From Octopus sinensis (Eukaryota), in assembly GCF_006345805.1 (NCBI RefSeq), contig NW_021833123.1, positions 1 through 64,000 of the forward strand: a DNA stretch of 64,000 bases. The letters run 5' to 3'. The position numbers and the translations under genes were made by a program. The notes under the pieces are model-generated. The model saw nothing but the letters and a program-made list of their open reading frames with translations, did no database searches and was not told the DNA's origin. Positions 54,090 to 64,000 of this stretch are shown one piece after another; within the stretch, counting starts at the first letter, position 1, and each line of letters opens with the position of its first letter.

Positions 54090-55164
54090 TGCCCGACTTT
54101 TTACTCTTTTTATTCCTTACTCTCCCCTCCACATCTCTTTCTATCTCTACTTCATTATCTAACCTTTTACTTCTTTCTTTTCCTCTTTCTCTTTATATCT
54201 CTCCTCCTCGCTGTCGTTCTCTCTCCCTCTCTTTTTTTAAAGCCGATTCTCATTTACACATCAGACAGACATATATGTAACAAACACACACATAAACACA
54301 CATATGTAAACACATGCATATACAGAGATAGTTCACACACTTTCTCTTTTACTGTCTTTCTTTCCTTCTCTCTCACCCTTTCTTTCTTTTTCACACTTTT
54401 ATCTTATCACCTTCCCTCACAAATTTATTACTATTTGCTCTTCTCTCTCTCTCTTTTTCTCTCTCTCACACACACAGACTTACACACACACACATTCTCT
54501 CTTTTAATCTCTCTTTCGCTCTCTCTATCAATCTCACTCTCTTCCCTCACTATCACCCCACCACCACCACCACCACCATCACCCTTGTCAAACTCTCAGT
54601 CTTAGACTGTTTGATTTACTGATGCTTCTGTCGGGCTCTCGAACTGCCGTACCCTAATGACAAATGCGTTAACTAATTTGCCAACAATTCGCTGCTAATT
54701 ACCGTTATTGGCGTAGAATCTTGATGATTTATGTGCAAGCATTAGAAGCTAAACACGGCCACACACTTTATTACAAATCACAAAAGAGAAGAAAGACGGA
54801 CAGACAGACAGAAAGAAGGAAGGAAAAAGAAAAAAAGAAAGAAGAAGAGGAGGGAAGAAAGAATAAGGCAAGTAAGAGAAAGAAGTAAGCAAGAAAGATT
54901 GAGAAGAAAAAGAGTCGAAGGAGGAGAATGAGAAAAGCAAGAGAAAAGCAGAGCGGTAGACGCAAAGAGAAAAGAATGAGAGAAATGGTGAGCAAGAGAG
55001 AGAGAGAGAAGGGAATGGCTTAAAGAGAGAGAGTGGGAGAGTTAAAAGGAGAGGTAAAGGAAGAGAAGGAATGATAAAGTAAGAAGAAAAGAAAAGAAGC
55101 TAAGTAGGTGAATGTCAAATAGAGAGACCAAAGAAATGATTGAGAAGGATAGAGTGAACGGACG

Positions 55165-55202
<38 letters not shown>

Positions 55203-55929
55203 TAGAGAGCAGTAGATAATTAGATAGAGTGATAGACATATATGTGTATGTATATATGAGAGGGGGAGAGAAAGAGAGGTATTGAAGGTAGGGGGTGAAG
55301 AAGAAGGTGCGTAAATGGCGGGTGGTTGGTGTGTTGTGTGCTGTGTGATGGTGAATGGGGACGGGGGAAGCTCTTTAGCGAAAGTTGTTAGTTAGGTTCT
55401 TCTATACATACATAGACAAATGGCAAATCAATAGCGGTTCTCTCATCTTCGTTTCATAAACATATTGCTTCTTCTTCTCGTACGAAACGAGAAGAAGAAG
55501 AAGAAGAAGAAGAAGAAGAAGAAGAAGAAGAAGAAGAAGAAGAAGAAGAGAAGAGAAGAAGAAGAAGAAGAAGAAGAAGAAGAAGAAGAGGAGGAGGAGG
55601 GGGCAAAACAATATGGAGGAAAATAACGGAGATAAATAACATTCAAATGAACAGCGATAAATAACAATAATAAAAAAAAGTGACATAATATAAATAATGA
55701 TGTATAAAAATATTACAAATATATACGCATGCATACACACACACACACACATATATGCACATATATAGGTATTTATGTATATCTATCTATATACTTACAT
55801 ATGTGCATATATATATACATATATACATATATACATACATACATATACTTACATATATATATATATACTACATATATATATGTATATACATATATATGCA
55901 TGTATTTATATATATAATATATATAATAT

Positions 55930-55986
<57 letters not shown>

Positions 55987-56029
55987 CAGTTAGAAAGAGA
56001 GTGAGAGCGGGAGATGACAGAAATATATA

Positions 56030-56080
<51 letters not shown>

Positions 56081-56804
56081 CAATCAGAAATATAGAAAGC
56101 ATGAAAGAAAGAAGAAAGGAAAAAGAAAGAAAACGAAGCAAAGAAACAAATAGAAAAGAGTAAGTCCGAAAAATGTAAAACCAAAGATCAGTTGAAACCA
56201 GTCCAAACACCACACACACACACACACGAACACATGCACACACATATATGTATGTACACGTGGCCGTTGCACGGAGGTGAGGCTGCACGCACTGACAAAT
56301 GTCCAGAACCCGTATACATCAAAAACAGAACACGTATACACACAAACACAGTCATCAACTACAACCATTATTCACTATAATAGATGTCTTTCTTCTTCTT
56401 CTTCTTCTTCTTCTTCTTCTTCTTCTTCTTCTTCTTCTTCTTCTTCTTCTTCTTCTTCTTCTTCTTCTACCCACGCCCTTCTCTACCTCGCCCCCGTCCT
56501 TCATCTCACCGTGTTCAAATTCATTTTTCATCGAAGAAACGAGAATTACGACATTTAGTTCTTGGACAGAGAAAGTGAGATAATGTAAATAGAGCGAAAG
56601 AGAGAGAGAGAGAGAGAGAGAAGGGCGAGGATAGAAAGCGTGAACGAGAGAGAGAGAGAGAGAGAGAGATGAGGGAGAGAGATGGAGGGAGAGAGATGGA
56701 GGGAGAGAGAGGGGAGAGAGGAGAGAATAATGAAAGATGGATAGAAATAGAATAATAATAAGAAAAAGGTAGATAGGTAGATAAATAGATAGACAGATAG
56801 ATAC

Positions 56805-56853
<49 letters not shown>

Positions 56854-57000
56854 TGTATATATAGATAGGCAGTGAGAGGGGGATTAATAGAGCAATGGTA
56901 ACGATGATGAAGTTACCCGAATGATAAAATGTTAAGGGGTGTATGGTTGAGGGATGGCGGGTGAGACAAACAAGCCTGCCTTCCCACCCCGTGCCCCGCA
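54090..57000. repeat. Mosaic of (CT)n, (GA)n, (GAA)n, (TTC)n and (AT)n tracts
   Basis: Direct inspection. Confidence 0.85.
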
Positions 57001-57613
57001 CGTGAACATACGCTCATATACACTCACAAGCATTGAGAGAATCACTCACGCACCCACTTTCTCTCCGTCTCACATAAACCTACATACGTAAACGCAACCA
57101 TACACAAAATAGCAACAACAACAAAAAAACGAAAACAACAACGGCAACAGCAACAACAATATCAGACATAAACGAAGGCGATAACAGCAAACGTAACAAC
57201 AAAAACTATAGCAACAACAACTACAACAACAACAACAACAACAGTAAGAACATCAACATCAGCACCACCAACAACACCAGCAACCTTCGCAGCAACAACC
57301 ATGTGCTTCAATAGCAGTAACGAGAACAACAACAACAACAACCACAACTACAAAGACAAGAAAATGATTAAGCCAAAAAAAAAACAAAGAAAGAAAGGAA
57401 GAAAACAAAAAAAAGAAGAAAATATAACATTATCCAAGAAACACAACCAAAGTCTCTTCCCCCCCCACAACCCCACCTTTTCAAAAACAGCATCAACAAC
57501 AAAATATAACCTAAAACGAAAAAGCAGAAACAAAAGAAGAGCAAAAAACAAAACCCCCCAAAAAACAAGAAACCCAAACACATACTAACACTATCACACC
57601 CAACATCACCACC

Positions 57614-57668
<55 letters not shown>

Positions 57669-58657
57669 TTAGAATAACAATAACCGCAACAAATAATACA
57701 CGAGGGCAGGTAATCATTATTGAGTTCATTATAGTAGAAGGGGGACTTTCGTGGCATAACACCGCCTATCTCTATTGCTATGCCTGTCGCTGTTAGTACA
57801 CGTCATTAGCGTTATTTGATCTATGGGTCTTTTTTACCAAAAGGCTAAGGAACAAGTCTTGGAAGAAGATTTTTTATTATTTTATTTTATTTTTCTCTTG
57901 ATATTTATATATATTTTCTTTCATTACTTGTTTTTAGAGAGTTGACTTCCATCCTTGCAGACTTCTAGTGTCTCTCAGTGTGTGTGTGTGAGTGTGTGTT
58001 CTGGAGTCTGTGTGTGTGTGCCTATTCGCATATGTTTATGTTTGTGTGTGTATGTTTATATATACACATATATATATATGTATATATAAAACACAGAATC
58101 ATGCACCCACATCCACGCACATACACACATACACACATACACACATACACACATACACACGCGTGCACGCACACACAAGCACAAGTATATGAGTGAGTAT
58201 ATATAATATATATTGTGCTTGTGTGTATAGCAAATAGTCTACCTGTCTATTTGTCTTCACTTTCTATCTCTCTCTGTATCTTGATATATATATATTATAT
58301 ATATATATCTATATATATATATATATATTATATATATATATATATATATAATATATATATATATAAGCTGTAAGACCTATCTATAAATGCTCTAATATCT
58401 ATACAGCTGTGGTATTTTATCTTATTACGCAAAAAATTCTTATATATATATATATATATATGATGTTCAAGGAAATTGGAAAGACTCAAAGCTGTTACGT
58501 TTCGGACAGTTTCTTTCTTCAAATATGAGAAAACTTCAGGTAAGACTTTGAAGAAAAGGAAGACAGAACATGAGATAAGTAATAAAGAGGAACCAGGAAA
58601 ATAGCACATAGGATTGGTTACATGTGCGACTAATATATATATATACACACACACACG

Positions 58658-58692
<35 letters not shown>

Positions 58693-59029
58693 TCTACAGT
58701 TATATATACAACCGGCGCGCGCAGAACCATAAGGTAATTCTTTGGCCAATTCATCATGAATCAACACACCAAATCTATGCCGATGAATTTGTTGAATTTT
58801 GGGTAAAATGAAAAGAGGTGCCTACATACATACATATATAATACATACATAAATATAGCTAGATAGACAGACAGATGGACAGGCTGCCGACAGTTTGTTC
58901 TATTTCAAAAACAGATCCTGCTTTTCAAACAGGAAAAATGCTACTGCTGCTGCCACTGTTGCTGCTGTTGTTGCTGCTGTTTTTGTTATTATTTAACATA
59001 AGGTCAGCCCTAAATAAGCACGCCTATAA

Positions 59030-59237
59030 TCCTTTCTACTATGGACACAAGGCTTGTAATTTTGAGGGATGGGAGCTAGTCAGTGACCTCAGTGTGCAAC
59101 TGGTATTTATTTCATCGACATCGAAAGGATGAAAAGTAAAGTCAGTCTCGGTGGACTTTGAACTTCGAACGTAAATGCGGACGAAATACCGCAAACCTTA
59201 GGGTCCTGTGTGCTAACGATTCTGCTAGCTCACCGTC
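59030..59237 (-). mobile_element. SINE family B variant, degenerate
   Basis: CACAAGGC..TTTATTTCATCGAC..GAAAGGATGAAA..GCTAACGATTCTGCTAGCTC. Confidence 0.7.
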
Positions 59238-60274
59238 CTTTTCACACTTATAATCAAAGAGATTCTACACATGACCGTTGTCTTTTTGAATCTACGTAAG
59301 AATAGATCGTCTAATATATCCCTTCATTATTTAAGTCAAAATGTAATTTGACCGAGATTTTGCTGTTATTTCTAGGAGATTGAGCGAGTACATAATATGT
59401 AACAGTTTCCTAGTTCGAAATCACTTTTACTTTGTTGTTGTGGTTGGTGGTGGCGTTGTTTAGTCCCAGCACAAATCTGATTACATGTTTCTGTGCCCTT
59501 AAATTCCTGTTATGGCTATCCCGTATTTTCCTAGTTTTAATGCTCTCTCAACGTCTACTACACTATTCACGCTCATTCGCTTCTAAAACGGAAGTCTGTG
59601 ATTTTATGGAAATTAGCGGTTATTTTTAGTATGTCAAGTGAATATGTCAAGTGAATATGTCAAGTGAATATGTAAAAGGCCAACTTTCCGCTCAGATGGT
59701 TTTTAAAATATTTTGCAAATGCTCGTGGATGGATGGTTCATTAGTAATGTTTCTGAGGCATGAGGAGAATTTGGGTCTTTCAACATCAGGCATCCTCCTT
59801 CATTTGCCCAGTCGGCGTTGGATTATACAAACCCCAAAGAATTCCTCTCAACATATGGCTAAGATTTGCCCCCACTATTTCTGCTCGTGATAAAAGACGC
59901 AAATATTGTCAGCCACTGAGAGACATGCTCAACTGGCTCAGGTCAAGCAACTGAGAAGCAAGTCTGTGGTATTCAGCAGAATATTTGTTGTATCCCATCC
60001 ATTTTTTTTATACTAACACAAAAATTTACATGACAACACTTGCAATCATTTAAGATTAGAAGCCATCAGAGCCCGTGCCCGGTACTGCATCAGAGTAGTG
60101 AGAGCCACTACCTGGCCAGGGCATTCGTTATTATTATTATTACTTTTTTTTCTTCTTTCAAATTTGCTTCCATTTCTTGCCGAGTGTCTTCCCGACTCCT
60201 AGGGCAAAGAAACTCATAGTATACATTGGTAGGCCATTAAACCAAACTCAATAGTTCGTTCATTTTTTTTCTTA

Positions 60275-60325
<51 letters not shown>

Positions 60326-60327
<2 letters not shown>

Positions 60328-60790
60328 TGGGCTTACTTTCATCACTTGGTTTTATTGCATTACCGAGTGCAGCTCTGTGTGCCTTGGTTATGTGCGGTGG
60401 ATTGTTGTGATGCTCTTATTTTTACTGTATTGAAAGTGTTTTACGTAGGATGTGTACGGTGTCTAGTAGTGCTGTTTTCTCTATGTTAAATATACTTGTT
60501 AGTCCTGGTGTCTTTTTTTTATCTATTTGTCTGAATATATTTTTATCATCCCTATTGCGTCTACTATGATAGAAATTGTTTCTGGTTTTAGACTCCACAT
60601 TCGAGTTACCTCTATTTCCAGGTCTTTGTATTTTGAAAGTTTCTCCATTTCTTTTAGAGAAACGTTGTCATCTGTTGGTATTGATACATCGATTATATGT
60701 ATCTCTGACAACTATATCCATCGTATTGCCCTTAATTTCTTTATCTCTGTTATTATTATTGTTGCTGTTGTTGTTTATATATCTGTTTCA
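60326..60790 (-). pseudogene. R4/Dong-like LINE 3' fragment
   Basis: IIDVSIPTDDNVSLKEMEKLSKYKDLEIEVTRMWSLK..TALLDTVHILRKTLSIQ*; the 3' UTR abuts (TAA)n. Confidence 0.82.
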
Positions 60791-60929
60791 CTTTTATTGT
60801 AGGATTTGGTTTTGCTTTCAAGCAAAAACGTCGAGAAAAAACAAAGTACTGCATCTGAAGGTGCCAATAGTTAAGGTGCCATGCGATGGAGAACACTGAT
60901 GTCTGTGGCACATAAAAAAAAAACTGAGC

Positions 60930-61360
60930 ATTTACACGGAGAGAAATTTACGTAAGCGTAACAGAGAAGCTCAATATACAAACAACTGGTAGGAACACCA
61001 GCCGCCACAAGTTGCCCAGACTGTTGGGGTTATCATCCTTTCGAATTGCAGCGCTCAGACTGATCGGGAAATACATGCAAACCGATTTTATCTCTTTGTG
61101 AAAAATCATATTGGAAGAGGCTTCTCCTATCATTGATGTTGCAGCCCCGACCAGCAAGAACTCATCTCTGAAAACGTTTGGTAAACTAAGGAAATATAAG
61201 AACCCAGAAACTGAAATTGGAAGAATGTGGCGTCTCAAAACAACATAACCTGTTATTATTGGGGCACTTGGAATGATATCAAGAGGAGCAAACAAATATC
61301 TAGAACAAATCATTGGCAGCCCCAAAATAAGGGAATTACAATAAATCATACTAATTTTTC
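60930..61360 (+). pseudogene. R4/Dong-like LINE fragment
   Basis: W*EHQPPQV..QTDREIHANR..IIDVAAP..EIGRMWRLKTT*PVIIGALGMI. Confidence 0.78.
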
Positions 61361-62499
61361 ATGAGATCATTCATGTACGTATAATCTTGAGTGTGTGTGT
61401 GTGTTTTTGTGTGTACGTGTGTGTGTGTGTGTGTTTGCATGTGTGTGTGTTTGCGTGTGTGCATACTTTGTGCATGCACTTTCCTTATTTAAGGAGATAG
61501 GATGTGGTTTGAGGGGATATTTGGTCGAGGTTTTTCAAATGGATTTATTAGGCTCACTCGTTTGGCAGTGAGTTATGTCAACGATAAAGCTTCGATTTTC
61601 AGAAGAAACCTATACCGTTTATGTATAATTAATAGCTCTAATGTTCCTGGAAAAGGAAATTTTCTAACAAAATTATGTCTCATAAGTCTTTTGCTATTCT
61701 TGTTTAAACGAGATGTCGATATGGATATGGGAATTAATCAGTATAACTCTACGCTTGAGTCAAACACACGCGCACGCTCTCTCTCTCTCTCTCTCACACA
61801 CATACATACACACAGATATAAGATCTGAGTATGCATCGTCCAACAAAGAAGCATTTAAGCTGTAGCTGGCCCTTTAAAATCATAACAGCTCAAATCGCAC
61901 TAAACTGCTTCACTTTAATATAGAACAAAATGCCTAATTTTATCTGCGGTATATTAAAAGATATATAATAAACAGGTTGGTCACGACTGGGACGCATTTG
62001 TTTATAGATCTGGTTCGATCAGGGCTAACATCGAAGCGGCTACACATCACCAAAACCAACAACAGACTGCCATGTCAAATATAATACATTATACAACTGT
62101 ATTAAACAACAGCATCATTAGCGGCCATCAATCTATTTCTCCCTTCATAGAAGCCATCATTAACTCTACCACACCGACTACATTCAATTTGATGAAAGTT
62201 CCGAAGAAGAAGGAAGTGTGGCGAGGGTATCAGGAGGAGTAGGGTTAGGCGGTAGGAAGACAAACTATTAAAAACAGTTTGATTAAAAGAGACTATTCCC
62301 AGCATTAGAGCCTTCGAAATCAATCAAGGGCAAAACAAGCTGTCAGGAGAGGAAGTCTTTAATGAAATTCTATGGGCTTGCTATTGGAGAACGGCGGATT
62401 AGCAGGAAAAAATAAAAATAAAACATAAAAACAATATGGAGGCTACGATGTTCTGTTTAACATGGCGTAAATCATGTAAAGGAGAATGAGACAACCGAA

Positions 62500-62605
62500 T
62501 GCATGTATGCACGCATATGCACATACGTGTGTGTGTGTGTGTATAGTGTGTACATAGGTACATGTGTATATACTGTATTTACGCTTACGTATATACGTAT
62601 ATACG

Positions 62606-62636
<31 letters not shown>

Positions 62637-63010
62637 GTATATATATATTTGTGTATATATATATATTATATATATATATATATACACATGTATGTATGTA
62701 TGTATGTATATATATATATATGTATATATATATATACGATATATATCTTACATATGTAGATATATATACATATAAATGTATACACAGATACATATACGCA
62801 CGCAGTCTCACACTTAATACATTGACACACACATATGTATGTATGTATGTATATGAATATGTATACATATGCATATATATATATATATATATATGTATGC
62901 ATATATCTGTATATGTATGTGTATATGTATATATATATATGTTATGTATATGTATATACGTATATATGTATTTATATATGTATGCATGTATGTACGTATG
63001 TATATACGTT

Positions 63011-63068
<58 letters not shown>

Positions 63069-63115
63069 ATATGTATATGTATATAACCTACGTTGTAGAT
63101 ATATATAAGAGAGCA
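62500..63115. repeat. (AT)n/(GTAT)n microsatellite field
   Basis: Direct inspection. Confidence 0.93.
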
Positions 63116-63150
63116 ATCTTTACTCTTTCGTAAATTGGAAAATAATGCCC

Positions 63151-63192
63151 ACCCTCAATCGATTTTCGAAGCTAATGGGGCTCTCATCTAAG
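63151..63192 (-). ncRNA. Degenerate hammerhead relic, same family as 614-667
   Basis: Minus strand TAGATGA-GAGCCCCATTAGCTTC-GAA-AATCGATT-G; core and cleavage base altered. Confidence 0.55.
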
Positions 63193-63312
63193 ATATCAAT
63201 GCTCTGTACGATATTCTTAACCGTTCAGTCACTTTGGTAAATTTCTGTCTACTAAAAATAATAAGAATGGTTTTTGTGTGGGTATGCGTTTGCATGTATT
63301 CATGTATGCCTC

Positions 63313-63367
<55 letters not shown>

Positions 63368-63950
63368 TACTTTATATAGATATATATATATATATCTTTA
63401 GCTGTTTACTCGCGACCGAGGAAGATCATCACTGACCATTGCCCATGAAAAAATGCTAACAATATCCGTCCGTGCATGGTGATATTACACCTGCAGTCTA
63501 CTTCACTCAGGTCCACGCCTGAGCCTTCGGTGCTCGCTACGTTACACTCCGACTCGACTGGGCATCGGAAAGTTCACCTCGCCGGAGATTGCACAACATC
63601 AAATTTTAAGCACAATAAAGCTTGCGCTGCACCCAACAGCTCCTAACAGCCTCTACTACACTACTGACAGGCCAGGGCAAGATATTCGATGTCAATATTG
63701 GTTTAAAGCGCAAGCAGAAAGTTCCCCAAATGTTCAGAACCATTCTCTGCGTAACTGGCTTGTATCAGAATGACCTACTCTTAAAGACACGCTTTAACAA
63801 AAGCTAAAGTGTGCCTCATTTTTAGTAGTCATCCGGCACACCAAACACCAACCCAGGATTTGTGAAGGCATTTGCTATTGTTATGTAACATATGGTATAA
63901 ATTATACAGAGGGCAAATTTTAGCAATTTCTACGCAAGGTGTAAAAATGA

Positions 63951-64000
63951 TGAACAAGCTTAATCGATTTTCGAACCATATTGGGCTCTCATCAGAGGCG
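63951..64000 (-). ncRNA. Minimal type I hammerhead ribozyme motif, cut by the window edge
   Basis: Minus strand CGCCT-CTGATGA-GAGCC-CAATAT-GGTTC-GAA-AATCGATT-A-AGCTTGTTCA; homology to 618-745 extends over 63885-64000. Confidence 0.75.

Noticed and set aside
61980-62420. Complex sequence as a possible host exon
   Set aside because: Stops in all frames examined and no recognisable domain or splice pair
63400-63810. GC-richer stretch with an open frame of about 75 codons
   Set aside because: No recognisable motif; more likely a decayed retroelement, cannot be assigned without BLASTX

Overview
Eukaryotic, AT-rich, very repeat-dense window with no host-gene exon that I can support. The SINE families and microsatellite load resemble an Octopus genome (inference from recognition, not a search). 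Most listed ORFs are artefacts of (AT)n, (AC)n, (TATC)n, (AAT)n and (CAC)n repeats. The supportable coding content is all transposon-derived: a 5'-truncated RTE/RTEX LINE with an 11-bp TSD inside a SINE (1088-2889); a full-length DD34D mariner with TIRs and TA TSD (13770-15059); two near-identical 5'-truncated Tx1/L1-clade LINEs in tandem in a (TATC)n tract (15656-18814); several R4/Dong-like endonuclease 3' fragments next to (TAA)n; and relics of RTE, mariner, maT-like, Chapaev3-like, hAT and Helitron elements. Many tRNA-derived SINEs are present. The main signals outside the ORF track are: (i) minimal type I hammerhead ribozyme motifs of the Penelope/retrozyme kind, one with a complete core at 614-667, two more copies of that family at 63.1-64.0 kb, and several unrelated decayed or variant motifs; (ii) apparent (TATC)n targeting by the Tx1 family; (iii) two long near-perfect hairpins (22159-22397, 28772-28991); (iv) a SINE junction recurring three times that suggests insertion into the family's own head; (v) a tandem duplication with a period of about 1285 bp.
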